From Bdellovibrionales bacterium (GTDB lineage: Bacteria > Bdellovibrionota > Bdellovibrionia > Bdellovibrionales > UBA1609): a stretch of DNA of 64,000 bases. Under the pieces are notes generated by a model. That model worked only from the letters and a program-made list of their open reading frames with translations. It was not told where the DNA came from and ran no database searches. Below, piece after piece: positions 1 through 10,371 of the stretch. Position numbers and translations under genes: made by a program. Within the stretch, counting starts at the first letter, position 1; the number at the start of each line of letters is the position of its first letter. The stretch is taken from NCBI GenBank assembly GCA_027317865.1, contig DAHVQG010000004.1, positions 100,399 through 164,398 of the forward strand, in the 5' to 3' direction.

Positions 1-735
1 GGAGTGGAGCAGCTCAAAAACAATTTTTTAAGTTTAATATCGCACGACCTGCGTACGCCGATTGCTAAAATACAAGCGATCTGCGACCGGTTACTTGCTG
101 AAAATCCGCAAATTGCCGTCGCACCTGATTTGGCGTCACTTCGAGAAGTGGCGACCGAACTCAATCGTTATATCGGTACGATCATCCAAATAACACGGGT
201 TGAATCGAAGGACTTTCGCATTAACAAAGACGCTACGGACATTAACGAACTCATCGTACGAGCAAAAACGAGCGTGGAACCATTAGCCGCACAAAAGAAA
301 ATTCATATTGAAACGAATCTTGAGCCCATGTTTTTAATCGAAGTCGATGCTGTTTTAATACACGAAGTAATCTTAAATCTCATCGAAAACGCTATTAAAT
401 ACACTCCAGAAGGCGGCCGAGTGGGCGTTTCATCGCAAGAGGTTGATGGTCGTGTGATCGTTATGGTAGAAGATAGCGGAGTGGGTATACCCGAAACCGA
501 ACAAGCGCACGTTTTCGAAAAATTTTTTCGAGGCGAGCACGGAAAATCGCATCCCAGAGGTTCGGGCCTTGGGCTCTATCTCGTCAAATATTTTGTTGAG
601 CTGCACGGCGGGCAAATTATCTTGAAGAGCCAAGTTGGCGTTGGTACGAAAATCGGATTTTCATTGCCCATCGATGACCAACCTGAGCCTGAACTCGCGC
701 ACGAAGAAGGAGCCACGAATGAGACTCACGCTTAA
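1..735 (+). CDS. Sensor histidine kinase, C-terminal part (HisKA + HATPase_c); 5' end lies outside the window
   Basis: H-box SHDLRTP, N-box NLIENAIKY, G1 DSGVGI, F-box VFEKFFRG, G2 GSGLGL; overlaps the downstream response regulator. Confidence 0.93.
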   Translation, partial: GVEQLKNNFLSLISHDLRTPIAKIQAICDRLLAENPQIAVAPDLASLREVATELNRYIGTIIQITRVESKDFRINKDATDINELIVRAKTSVEPLAAQKKIHIETNLEPMFLIEVDAVLIHEVILNLIENAIKYTPEGGRVGVSSQEVDGRVIVMVEDSGVGIPETEQAHVFEKFFRGEHGKSHPRGSGLGLYLVKYFVELHGGQIILKSQVGVGTKIGFSLPIDDQPEPELAHEEGATNETHA

Positions 736-2125
736 AGCTCTCATTGTTGATGATGAACCGGAATTGAGAAAATCAGTCGAATCTATTTTGCGGTCTGTTC
801 TATCGGACTATGACTGGACCATTATTGAGGCCGAAAACGGTAAAACGGCGGTCGAGGCGGTGCACGCGCAGTCGTTCGATTTAGTTTTAATGGACGTACG
901 CATGCCGGAGATGAACGGTCTCGATGCCCTTCGCGCCATCAAAGAAATAGATCCGCGAATTTTTGTCGTTATCATGACCGCGCATAGTAATTTACAGGAT
1001 GCGGTTACGGCTATCAAGTACGGGGCTTTTGACTATACCGAAAAGCCGATCGAACCGGCAAAATTGGTCGATCTCGTTAAACGCGCGATCGAAACAAAAG
1101 AAATGGTTTCAAATATTGTGCTCTCGAACCCGATACTTGACGACGACGTTGATTCGAAGTTTGTCGGCGCCTCAGAAAAGATGCGTGAAGTTTTCAACCT
1201 CATCGACCGGCTGGCCCACGTCGACACAACCGTTCTCATTCGTGGCGAAAACGGAACCGGAAAAGAACTCGTGGCACGCGCCATTCACCAAAACTCGCCG
1301 CAAAAGCACGGTCCGTTTGTAGCGATAAATTGCGGCGCGATTCCCGATACTTTAATGGAGAGCGAGCTCTTCGGCCATGAACGCGGATCGTTTACCGGCG
1401 CAATCGAACGAAAAATAGGCAAATTTCAGCTCGCAAACAAAGGAACGCTATTTTTAGACGAAATCGGTGAGTTAAAGCCCGATCTTCAGGTGAAGCTTTT
1501 ACGCGTATTGCAGGAGCGAAAATTCATGCCCATCGGCTCCAACCGCGAAGTCCGATCGAATGCGCGCATCATTGCCGCGACCAACCGGAATCTTGAAAAA
1601 ATGATTGAGGATGGAACTTTTCGCGAAGATTTCTTTTATCGCTTAAACGTTATGCCCATTTTCATGCCACCTCTGCGCGAACGGCTGGATGATCTCGGCG
1701 ATCTTATCCGGTTTTTTATCGGGAAGTTCAATAAAAAGCTGAATCTGTCGATTACGGGCATCACTCCCGAGGCGCTTGATATATTGAGCCGGTATCGTTG
1801 GCCCGGTAACATTCGCGAACTTGAAAACGCCATCGAGCGCGCGTTCATTATCGAAAATTCAAATGTGATCACGGTGCGTTCGTTGCCAGAAAAAATCGTT
1901 AATGAAATCAAAAATAAATCGACCATCCCCATGTCAGGCAAATACACGGGGCCCCTAAACTATGATTTATTTAAAGAAGCAGCCGAAAAAGAATTTATCG
2001 AAAGCGCCTTGAGGGCGAACGACGGTAAAATAAATAAAACGGTCGCACACGCAAATATCCCGAAAAACACACTCTTGCGAAAAATTAAAAAGTACAATAT
2101 CGACGTCGGCAAATTCTCAAAGTGA
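719..2125 (+). CDS. Sigma54-dependent response regulator (NtrC family: REC + AAA+ + Fis HTH)
   Basis: REC (LIVDDE...DVRMP), Walker A GENGTGKE, GSFTGA loop, FLDEIGE, WPGNIREL; start moved to ATG 719 behind GAAGGAG. Confidence 0.93.
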   Translation: MRLTLKALIVDDEPELRKSVESILRSVLSDYDWTIIEAENGKTAVEAVHAQSFDLVLMDVRMPEMNGLDALRAIKEIDPRIFVVIMTAHSNLQDAVTAIKYGAFDYTEKPIEPAKLVDLVKRAIETKEMVSNIVLSNPILDDDVDSKFVGASEKMREVFNLIDRLAHVDTTVLIRGENGTGKELVARAIHQNSPQKHGPFVAINCGAIPDTLMESELFGHERGSFTGAIERKIGKFQLANKGTLFLDEIGELKPDLQVKLLRVLQERKFMPIGSNREVRSNARIIAATNRNLEKMIEDGTFREDFFYRLNVMPIFMPPLRERLDDLGDLIRFFIGKFNKKLNLSITGITPEALDILSRYRWPGNIRELENAIERAFIIENSNVITVRSLPEKIVNEIKNKSTIPMSGKYTGPLNYDLFKEAAEKEFIESALRANDGKINKTVAHANIPKNTLLRKIKKYNIDVGKFSK

Positions 2126-3235
2126 CAACTGATTCGTAAGTTGTTCAACCGCTTGCATCACCATTTCCGCAGTAATGTTTTTCATGCAAGCGTGCGTTCC
2201 GATTGGACATTTCATGTGGCCATGACGCCCGCAAGGTCGACAATCAAGATCGGTTTGAATCACCGCTGATTGATCGCTCCACGGACGATAACCTTGCGCA
2301 AGAACGGTCGGGCCAAAAATACCCACAACAGGCCGGCCGGCAACGGCGGCTAAATGCATTGGTCCGCTATCATTTGCCACGACCACCTGTGCTTGGCTCA
2401 TCAATGCATGCAAGTGCAAAAGATCAAATCGCCCGGCGAGAGACCGTACTTCAACATTCGCCGACCGCATAACGTCGTGATTTACCGAAGCGGAAATACG
2501 GTCGCAAATATCGCGCTCATCGCGTGTGCCAACCAAATAGACATTTAAGCCTCGTTCGGCCATCAGTTCTGCCAAACGCCTGTACCCTTCTTCGGTCCAA
2601 CATTTGGTCGACCATTGACTCGACGGTGCAATCACAGCAAACGGATGAGCGAGTTGATTGTTCACGCTTTCGGCAATTGCCGGATTTGGCGCAACTCGAA
2701 CATGACATTCATCGGGTATCGGTTTCGGCCATTTCAAAATGCTCGATTTTAACCGTAAATTATTTTGCTCGGTATTTGTGCTCCACTGTTCTACAAGTTC
2801 TCGAATATCCGGGTCAATAGGCGCTAAGAGCGACAAGACCCGTAGAGCTTCGGGTAAACGCATGTCGCGAGGCACACGCAGGTCGTAAAACGGCCGGTTC
2901 CACCATTGATGGTATGATAATTTGTGTTCGGCTTGTACGGTTCGCAGGGCAAGTGCTGTACGCACGGATCGGTGGACCGATATCAAATATCGAATATGAT
3001 GATGCGCGAGCCGGTCGCGAAATTCCTGAAGGCCCGTAACATTTCGTTTGTCCAGTTCAAGAACATCATCCACTAGATTTAAGCGCGCAAATAAGTCGCC
3101 GAAACCCGGGCGGCAGACCAACATGAGCGAACTCTCCGAATCAATTTTCTTTAGACGACGAATAAGAGGAATAGTCAGAAGTAGATCGCCTAAAAATGCA
3201 GTTTGAAAGATGATGTTTGTTTGCCCTTGAGCCAC
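2117..3235 (-). CDS. Glycosyltransferase family 9 (ADP-heptose:LPS heptosyltransferase-like)
   Basis: QTAFLGDLLL start, NDSGPMHLAA, FGPT, CRPCGRHG motifs. Confidence 0.9.
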   Translation of the reverse strand: MAQGQTNIIFQTAFLGDLLLTIPLIRRLKKIDSESSLMLVCRPGFGDLFARLNLVDDVLELDKRNVTGLQEFRDRLAHHHIRYLISVHRSVRTALALRTVQAEHKLSYHQWWNRPFYDLRVPRDMRLPEALRVLSLLAPIDPDIRELVEQWSTNTEQNNLRLKSSILKWPKPIPDECHVRVAPNPAIAESVNNQLAHPFAVIAPSSQWSTKCWTEEGYRRLAELMAERGLNVYLVGTRDERDICDRISASVNHDVMRSANVEVRSLAGRFDLLHLHALMSQAQVVVANDSGPMHLAAVAGRPVVGIFGPTVLAQGYRPWSDQSAVIQTDLDCRPCGRHGHMKCPIGTHACMKNITAEMVMQAVEQLTNQLSL

Positions 3236-4344
3236 TCCGCGCCTCTTACCACTCCAGAGAGAATGGCCTGCACTTCGACGAGATCATAACACATAGGAGA
3301 TTTGTTACAAGTGCGCGACCAACACGGGGAGCAGCCGGCAAAGCTGAGCACCTTTACCCCGCGATCGTAAAGATCGATTTCGTGTGCGCAAGTCGGCCCA
3401 AACCACGCGACAACCCACTTTTTCATGGCTATTGCCATGTGCATGCCCAAACTGTCGCCGGTCACAACAACGTCGCAAGCCGCCACACTCATGAGGCCGT
3501 CCCGAAGACCACGCGTCGTCGGGGTTGAAATGACCGGTAAACCAAATGCGATTTGTTCATTTCGAGCTGTGTCTTCCGGGCCCCCAAGTAGAGCTACGCA
3601 AAACCCTGCATTTATAAGGTCAATCGCAATTTTTCTTTGTGATTCGACCGGCAGCTTCTTATACGGAATAACGCTGCTGCATCCGGTATTTAGTCCAACG
3701 ACGATTTGTTCGCTTGGGGCCCACTGCGAACGCCTATTGGCAACTTCACGCCGCTCTTGAGAATCAAGCGGCAGTTCATATTCATCGCGGGCAAAGGTCG
3801 TAAGTTCCAGTGCATCCGCGACAAGTTGAGTCTCGGGCAGTAGATTTTCAAAAAACTTCTTCTTATTCGATAATCCGATCTGCCACAAATTATCGGCCGC
3901 CGGTGTCGCCGGCACAATAGCACCCGCGCGAGCATCGGCAACGAATCCAAAAATTTGATCGACGTGCGTTTGCGCGATGATGCCGGCCGCGACGAGTGAT
4001 TTGTCTATGCAAAACCCGATGTCGAATTCAAGCGACGAAAGCGCAAGCAGATCTTCACGCGAGGTGGTCATCACCCGATCAATCAGCGGATGGCCGCGCA
4101 AAAGCGCGTCCGCCGGAGCTTGAGTAACCCACGTCAAATGGCAGGCCGCATATTTGCGCCGAATTGCGCGCAAAAGCGAGGTGGAGCGCACAACAGCGCC
4201 GAGCGCACCCAAATGGATTAACAGTACGCGCGTTTTAACTATCTCGCGATGCGGGCACGTTCCCGAGCACACATCGCTTTTACCGCATGGTTTGTAACCG
4301 TTAAAATAACGGCAATGAACTTGAGGTTCGAATCGGTCACCCAT
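3190..4344 (-). CDS. Glycosyltransferase family 9 (heptosyltransferase-like)
   Basis: HLGALGAVVRST, GDSLGMHMAIA, FGPT, CSPCW; start ATG 4344 supported by an extended -10 box. Confidence 0.88.
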   Translation of the reverse strand: MGDRFEPQVHCRYFNGYKPCGKSDVCSGTCPHREIVKTRVLLIHLGALGAVVRSTSLLRAIRRKYAACHLTWVTQAPADALLRGHPLIDRVMTTSREDLLALSSLEFDIGFCIDKSLVAAGIIAQTHVDQIFGFVADARAGAIVPATPAADNLWQIGLSNKKKFFENLLPETQLVADALELTTFARDEYELPLDSQERREVANRRSQWAPSEQIVVGLNTGCSSVIPYKKLPVESQRKIAIDLINAGFCVALLGGPEDTARNEQIAFGLPVISTPTTRGLRDGLMSVAACDVVVTGDSLGMHMAIAMKKWVVAWFGPTCAHEIDLYDRGVKVLSFAGCSPCWSRTCNKSPMCYDLVEVQAILSGVVRGAEWLKGKQTSSFKLHF

Positions 4345-4350
4345 TATTAC

Positions 4351-4359
4351 AGTGTAGCA
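4351..4359 (-). promoter_or_regulatory. Extended -10 (TGcTACACT) 6 nt upstream of the GT9 ATG; probable leaderless mRNA
   Basis: Minus strand reads GTGC-TACACT-GTAATA-ATG with no SD. Confidence 0.6.
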
Positions 4360-4385
4360 CGCCCGCAATCGCTAAAGCCAAGCGG

Positions 4386-5633
4386 CTACTGACCTTTGTC
4401 GAGACTGGCCAGCCTACCCATCAGCGAACCAATTTTAATTTTCAACTTGATTTGCACCGGCAGCTTACGCGAATCGTCTGTTAACCAAACGTAGTTGTCG
4501 CCGGTCGCTTGAAATTTACCTTTTAAATGAAATGTCGGCTGGACGACAAGCGTATTGAATGTTCCTGCTTCGGTGACCAGTTTCTCACGCCGCAAAACAT
4601 CGCCGTCAAAAACATAGTTCTTACCGTCGCCGGCCACTCGAAAAGCAATTTTTTTGCCCGGTCGCAGAGTAAAAGTCCGTAAATAATAGATCGCGCTGAT
4701 GAAATTTTGTGAGTATGAGTCGAGCTTCCATTTTATGTTCTTTTCCTTTTCGTGATCATCGCCGGGATGAATCACTTTCTCCCACTCAGTGGCTTCGTCA
4801 TCGTTCCAGTCAAAAAAGACTCTCGTTTCTTTTTGCTGGGATGATTCGTTGGCATCCATGGTGTACGTAATTGGAGTCAGCGTATCGAAATCAACAAAAG
4901 TCTCAGCCCGGTCGTCAACCGAATAGAAAAGCGAAAAAATTTTATTGGATTTTAAACTGACAGCAAAATCATATGCTTTTTTGCCATTTACAGTTTTATA
5001 GGGCAGTACCTTAAGTGAAAGTTGACCGGCCACGACGTTGAAATAGCTTACGTTTAAAACAACATCTTCGCCTGGACGAAACGGGTCGACCACCGGGCGC
5101 CGGCCGATAAAACCTTCACCGTCCTCTAGTTTTGGTAAATGAACTTCATTTAAATGATATTCTGTGTGCACCACTTTGTGCCTCCGCCAATGATGGTATT
5201 GCGTGCGCTCACTCTCACGCGTGCGTTCATGTTCACGATATCGATACAATCCATCGTAGTGATAATGGTGAGGATAATGGCGATATAAACCGCGAAAAAG
5301 ATGAAAACGATACTGATAATGGGATGGCAAATTTTCTGGTGTCGTTTGAGTTATTGTTTGCGGTTTTGTTTGTTGCCGGTTTCGAACAAATTGTCGTTGG
5401 ATATGTGATCGGCGCCATTTTTTTGCCCTTCTCGCCCATAATTTGGTCGACTTCTTTACCGGAGTCTTCGTAAATTTGCCCACTCTTACGACGTTCGCAA
5501 AGGCCGCGTTGATATCTTTAAATTCACTTTTGTGCATGGGCTTAAGCGACGCACATCCCGTGAGTAGGCCAACGGCCACAATGACCAGTAGACAAAATTT
5601 AAAAATGCGCCCTACTGTCGAAATTCCTTCCAT
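4386..5633 (-). CDS. Lipoprotein with C-terminal DUF3108-like domain and His/Arg-rich linker
   Basis: Lipobox LLTG-C; C-terminal PFRPGE...G.FNTLVVQP...WLTDDSRKLPVQI typical of DUF3108. Confidence 0.75.
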   Translation of the reverse strand: MEGISTVGRIFKFCLLVIVAVGLLTGCASLKPMHKSEFKDINAAFANVVRVGKFTKTPVKKSTKLWARRAKKWRRSHIQRQFVRNRQQTKPQTITQTTPENLPSHYQYRFHLFRGLYRHYPHHYHYDGLYRYREHERTRESERTQYHHWRRHKVVHTEYHLNEVHLPKLEDGEGFIGRRPVVDPFRPGEDVVLNVSYFNVVAGQLSLKVLPYKTVNGKKAYDFAVSLKSNKIFSLFYSVDDRAETFVDFDTLTPITYTMDANESSQQKETRVFFDWNDDEATEWEKVIHPGDDHEKEKNIKWKLDSYSQNFISAIYYLRTFTLRPGKKIAFRVAGDGKNYVFDGDVLRREKLVTEAGTFNTLVVQPTFHLKGKFQATGDNYVWLTDDSRKLPVQIKLKIKIGSLMGRLASLDKGQ

Positions 5634-6487
5634 CGGCGATGTACCCACATCCATTGTTCAGGATGCTCGCGCACCCATTCTTCAATCTTGTCACAGTAGC
5701 GTTGGGTGTTCACCTGGATATTTCGGTCTTTATCACCCGTGTCGACGTAAGGGATTTCGGCCTCGAAAGCAACTGCCGTACGCCCATTCGGCAAACGATA
5801 CGTCAACGCCGGTATGACCGGTGCGCGCGACCGCTCTACAAGAATCGCCAGTCCCATTGGCGTGCCGGTCTCACGGCCAAAAAACTTTGTTTTGATACCG
5901 ATGGGTGGCCCCAAAAACTGATCGAGCATAAAACCCACTATTTCGTTTTTCTTGAGTTTCTTCAATATGGTCAGGCTCGACTTGCGATCGGGAATCAAAT
6001 CGAGACCAAACCGTTGCCGCGTTCGAAACCAAAAATCATTGAGCGCGCGCCATTTGAATTCTTTGGTAATTGACGACAGTCGCATACCGTTCAGCGCGAA
6101 GGCAACAGTTGCCCAATCACCATTGCCGATATGTGAGATCAGAAGAAAAGCGCCTTTCCCCCCCTTAACCGCGTTTTGCAAATTTTCGATGCCTTTGACA
6201 TCGAAATGATCGGCGTAATCATCAAGTTCAGCCGTTGGGAGCCGCAAAAACTCCACAAAGGAGCGACCGAGGTGACACACTGACGCTCGCGCAACTTTGA
6301 CCCTCCGACTCTCAGGCCAATCTGGAAAACAATGCCGCAAATTATCCAGCGCCACGCGCCGGCGAATGCGAAGGACGTCAAACCAAATGAGTCCAAGAAA
6401 ATCACCAATCGCCATTTGCGCAAACAGCGGCACGCGGTTGATTATTTGCGAGATCAAATTAATGAACACGCTCGAGAATTTTTTCAT
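5612..6487 (-). CDS. lpxL: Lipid A late acyltransferase (LpxL/HtrB family)
   Basis: HIGNGD (H-x4-D), DQ...FFG, C-terminal PEQWMWVHRRWK. Confidence 0.85.
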   Translation of the reverse strand: MKKFSSVFINLISQIINRVPLFAQMAIGDFLGLIWFDVLRIRRRVALDNLRHCFPDWPESRRVKVARASVCHLGRSFVEFLRLPTAELDDYADHFDVKGIENLQNAVKGGKGAFLLISHIGNGDWATVAFALNGMRLSSITKEFKWRALNDFWFRTRQRFGLDLIPDRKSSLTILKKLKKNEIVGFMLDQFLGPPIGIKTKFFGRETGTPMGLAILVERSRAPVIPALTYRLPNGRTAVAFEAEIPYVDTGDKDRNIQVNTQRYCDKIEEWVREHPEQWMWVHRRWKEFRQ

Positions 6488-7550
6488 ATAGCCATTTGAC
6501 CCTTAAACTTAATTTTGGCCGTAGTTCGGACTTCCAAAAAAAATCCCCGTCTTGCCGGTCTCGTTTCAAAAACTCGCGCAATTTCACGGCGTCTTTTTCG
6601 GTCGTCACGACCCGTTTGACCTTGCGATCTCGCGACTCGGACAAAATCTTCTCGAATTCTCCACGCGTGTACCGATGATGGTCGCGAAATTTAAAATGCT
6701 TTTTCACATCTAAATTTTTGGCAACAAGGGCCTCAAACGCGGCCGGATTGCCAATGCCCGAAACCAAAGTGACAGGTTCAAATTCGTGCAGTTCTTCGGC
6801 GCGTTCGTCATCCAATCGAATCAGCCGGCGAACGTGGTACTCGGATTCTATGACCGGCGTAGAACGGCCGTCTAATATTTCATCGATGAATTCAATTACA
6901 TTCTGCTTTTGCTCAGGTGACACCAAATTCACTTTATTAAGAATAATGCAGCTTGCGCGTCGCAAAGATTTTATATTTTCACGACCGCGCCCCGCCGGGA
7001 TCACTGAATAATTTTTAAGCGGCTCCGTACAGTCAATTATGACAATATCGATGTCGCGATGGAGTTGCCGGTGTTGAAATGCATCATCGGCAAAAATCAA
7101 GCGTACGTCAGGATGGGCATTTAAAAGTTCGCGCGTGACGGCCATGCGCTTATTCCCAACGTAAATCGGAACACCCGAAAATAAATTAGCCATCATCGTG
7201 GGTTCGTCACCGTACTCAGCCGGATTGGCACCTGGTTTTACGCGCGCAATCTTAGTTTCAAATTCGCCTTTATATCCGCGCGAAATCACAGCCGGACTCA
7301 GGTGATTTTCAACGGCCCATCGCAACAGCTCACAAACAATAGGTGTTTTACCGGTCCCGCCTAAAGTGAGATTACCGACGCTAACAACTGTGACGCCGGC
7401 ATCTTGGGCCCGGAAAATTTTGCGGTCATAAAGCCAATTGCGAATATTCATCACCGACGAGTAAAGCGCGCTCAGAGGACATGCCAACAATCTAAGCAAG
7501 GTACTGATCGAGAATATGGGCGACGCGGGCCGTGGCACCTTTGTCTCCAA
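6459..7550 (-). CDS. lpxK: Tetraacyldisaccharide 4'-kinase
   Basis: VGNLTLGGTGKTP, SRGY, GDEP, DDAFQH, FRDHH, TTEKDAVK; start TTG 7550 or GTG 7538, both with an SD. Confidence 0.95.
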   Translation of the reverse strand: METKVPRPASPIFSISTLLRLLACPLSALYSSVMNIRNWLYDRKIFRAQDAGVTVVSVGNLTLGGTGKTPIVCELLRWAVENHLSPAVISRGYKGEFETKIARVKPGANPAEYGDEPTMMANLFSGVPIYVGNKRMAVTRELLNAHPDVRLIFADDAFQHRQLHRDIDIVIIDCTEPLKNYSVIPAGRGRENIKSLRRASCIILNKVNLVSPEQKQNVIEFIDEILDGRSTPVIESEYHVRRLIRLDDERAEELHEFEPVTLVSGIGNPAAFEALVAKNLDVKKHFKFRDHHRYTRGEFEKILSESRDRKVKRVVTTEKDAVKLREFLKRDRQDGDFFWKSELRPKLSLRVKWLYEKILERVH

Positions 7551-8658
7551 GTAGCTCCTTCGTTCGGCCAAGCTCTTGCGAAACTTGCCGGTAATGAATT
7601 TCATCGTACAACAGCGTAGTCAATTCGCTTTTTAAGCGTTCAGGATTCGCTTGCTCTTGAAATAACTCTGGAACCGCCGCCTTGCCAAGAATCAAATTAA
7701 TTAATCCGAAAAATGCCGTACCCTTTACAAACCGTCTTGCAACCCACGCCGTGACCCGGTTCATTTTATACATAACCACCATAGGCCGCTTCATCAGCCC
7801 CACAACTAGCGTGGCCGTCCCAGATGCACACAGTACAACATCGGTTAAACGAACCATGCGCAATGGCTCGTCCTTCATAAAGATCAACGGAATGCCGATT
7901 GCCGGCATAAAAGCCTTCATATCTTCAACCGATACGGTCGGGGCCAGCAACAGTGCGAATTTCAGCGCCGGATCATCTCGGTGCAAGAGTTCCGCGGTCT
8001 TTAGTTGCGTGGCCAAATGATGTTGGAGTTCGGACGGCCGGCTCCCAGGCATTAGCCCGACAACCTTTTCCGTATCAGAAATTCCGTATTTGTTTCGCCA
8101 CCTTTTGCGTTCCTCAGAATCCAGCAAATCCGGCGATATTTCATCGAGGAGCGGATGCCCAACGAACTCGACGTCCATGCCGTGCTCTTTGAAAAACGGC
8201 TTCTCAAAGGGCAAAATGACGAGCATTTGGTCAACGCATTTTTTGATTTGTTCGACTCGTGACGTGCGCCAAGCCCAAACTTGGGGCGAGATATAATAGA
8301 CGATGCGAAATCCGCACGATTTGAGTTTTTTCGCGAGTCGCAAATTAAACCCGGGATAATCGAGAAGCAATACGAATTTCGGTTGCCGCTTTTTCGCCGC
8401 CTCGATGAGGCGCCAAAATACTTGGCGAATATCCCCGAAATGTTTGAGTACTTCGGTGAGACCGACGACCGCCATTTCTTCGGAGCGGCCAATCGCTTCA
8501 AATCCGAGACGTTCCATTTCACGGCTACCAACGCCAAAGGCCCGAATGTTACGATCTTGTTTTTGCCAATATTCAAGCAGCCTTTGTGCGTACAGGCAGC
8601 TCGATGCTTCGGCGGCAACGATCATAACCTCAATGGTGTCGTTTTTCGATTGTGCCAA
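7492..8658 (-). CDS. lpxB: Lipid-A-disaccharide synthase
   Basis: DYPGFN, YYISPQVWAWR, ILPFE, VGHPL, PGSR, SGTATL; start TTG 8658 behind GGAG. Confidence 0.95.
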   Translation of the reverse strand: MAQSKNDTIEVMIVAAEASSCLYAQRLLEYWQKQDRNIRAFGVGSREMERLGFEAIGRSEEMAVVGLTEVLKHFGDIRQVFWRLIEAAKKRQPKFVLLLDYPGFNLRLAKKLKSCGFRIVYYISPQVWAWRTSRVEQIKKCVDQMLVILPFEKPFFKEHGMDVEFVGHPLLDEISPDLLDSEERKRWRNKYGISDTEKVVGLMPGSRPSELQHHLATQLKTAELLHRDDPALKFALLLAPTVSVEDMKAFMPAIGIPLIFMKDEPLRMVRLTDVVLCASGTATLVVGLMKRPMVVMYKMNRVTAWVARRFVKGTAFFGLINLILGKAAVPELFQEQANPERLKSELTTLLYDEIHYRQVSQELGRTKELLGDKGATARVAHILDQYLA

Positions 8659-9577
8659 TGATTTGCTCCGCCAGCCGAAGCGCGCGCAGGCCGTCTTCAC
8701 CAGTCACGACACACGGTTTGTTTAATAAACAAGAATCAATAAAGGATTGGGTTTCAGCAAGCAACGCATCGCCTTTTTCAAGACTCCAAGAATCCATATC
8801 TATGGGAGGCGCCCCCTCACCATTCCACTCACCGGTCTTAGTGAAAAGGCGGACCTCGCCTGAACCAAAATCCATCGTCAGATATTGCGAATCTTGAAAC
8901 ACACGAAATTTTCTCTGGCTGTTGAGGCTGATTCGCGATGCCGTGACGTTGGCAACCGCTCCCGATGCAAATTCAATTCTGGCGTTTGCGATATCTTGAG
9001 TATGCGTAATGACCGGCGTACCAACGGCCGCGACTGAAACCGGCTCACTTTTTGTTAGATGCAAAATCATGTCTAGATCATGAATCATAAGATCCAGTAC
9101 AACATTCACGTCAACTCCGCGCGGTTTAAACGGAGCGAGGCGATGACATTCGATAAACAATGGCTTATTCAGTTTTGCCTCAGCCGACTGTAAGGCGGGG
9201 TTAAATCTCTCCACATGCCCCACTTGAAGTTTCAAATTCTTTTTCGCCGCAAGTTCGCACAAGCTTTCGGCCTCACGGCTTGTTGTGGTAATCGGCTTTT
9301 CAACATGAACATGAATACCGTTTTCAAGCAGCATCTTTGCGATTTCAAAATGCGACGACGTAGTTGACGCAACCGTCACCGCATCCACTTGACCGATAAG
9401 ATCTTCAAGCTTTGAAAATGCCGAAACACTTAGTTCGCGCGCCACTTCATCAGCGCGGGCCGGATTCGAGTCATATACACCCATTAGTTTGCAACGATCG
9501 ATCAACTTATATTTTTGCGCGTGAAAGCGGCCGAGGTAGCCTACGCCGACCACTGCTGTTCGCAACTTCGAAGTCAT
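8630..9577 (-). CDS. gnnA: Gfo/Idh/MocA oxidoreductase; probable UDP-GlcNAc 3-dehydrogenase GnnA
   Basis: GVGYLG, EKP, GHVERFNP, DLMIHD; position between lpxA and lpxB matches gnnA. Confidence 0.7.
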   Translation of the reverse strand: MTSKLRTAVVGVGYLGRFHAQKYKLIDRCKLMGVYDSNPARADEVARELSVSAFSKLEDLIGQVDAVTVASTTSSHFEIAKMLLENGIHVHVEKPITTTSREAESLCELAAKKNLKLQVGHVERFNPALQSAEAKLNKPLFIECHRLAPFKPRGVDVNVVLDLMIHDLDMILHLTKSEPVSVAAVGTPVITHTQDIANARIEFASGAVANVTASRISLNSQRKFRVFQDSQYLTMDFGSGEVRLFTKTGEWNGEGAPPIDMDSWSLEKGDALLAETQSFIDSCLLNKPCVVTGEDGLRALRLAEQIIGTIEKRHH

Positions 9578-10371
9578 CGCGCCACCCCGAATTTTGAGTT
9601 CTCTATGAAATTAATCAGATGCCGGATGTGGTCGCTTGCTTTGCACTCGCTCGTAATTTTCTGCAAAGATTCTTCTATAGTGCGGTCGCCCATAACTATA
9701 AATCGAATGGCACGCGCAATATTTTCGATTTCATCCTTTGAGTACCCGGCCCGTTGCAAACCAATTTTATTTGTAGCACGGCATCGGGCCATTTCACTGC
9801 CTTCAGCAATTGTATAAGGCAACACGTCCTTTCGGATATGACTGGCGCCGCCCACATAGGCAAACCGGCCAACACGTGCAAACTGAACAATCCCGCACAT
9901 TCCGCCGATATGCACGTGTTCTTCAACCGTCACGTGACCGGCAAACTGACAGCCATTTGCAACAACGACATGATCGCCAATTTGACAATCGTGCGCCACG
10001 TGAACGTAAGACATGAGCATACAGTGGTTGCCGATTCGCGTAACCCCGCCGCCTTTCACCGTCCCACAGTTGATGGTTACAAATTCTCGAAAAATGTTGT
10101 GATTACCAATTTCAAGTTTCGTCGGGTCGTTTTTGTAAGACAAATCTTGCGGCGGCCCCCCAACCATCGCCCCCGGCAAAAAATTATTATTTTCACCGAT
10201 ACTCACTACGGTTGAACTTGAACCAATGGTGACATGAGAATTTATAACGGTATTTTTGCCGATGCGGACGCGCCCTTTCACAACGGAATAAGGACCAATA
10301 ACTACACCCGAATCGAGCTCAACATCATTTTCAACGACCGCGGTGGGATGAATAGAAGTCGTCGTGCTCAT
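9574..10371 (-). CDS. lpxA: Acyl-ACP--UDP-N-acetylglucosamine acyltransferase
   Basis: Hexapeptide repeats, PQDLSYK, IFREFVTI, HVAHDC. Confidence 0.96.
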   Translation of the reverse strand: MSTTTSIHPTAVVENDVELDSGVVIGPYSVVKGRVRIGKNTVINSHVTIGSSSTVVSIGENNNFLPGAMVGGPPQDLSYKNDPTKLEIGNHNIFREFVTINCGTVKGGGVTRIGNHCMLMSYVHVAHDCQIGDHVVVANGCQFAGHVTVEEHVHIGGMCGIVQFARVGRFAYVGGASHIRKDVLPYTIAEGSEMARCRATNKIGLQRAGYSKDEIENIARAIRFIVMGDRTIEESLQKITSECKASDHIRHLINFIENSKFGVAR

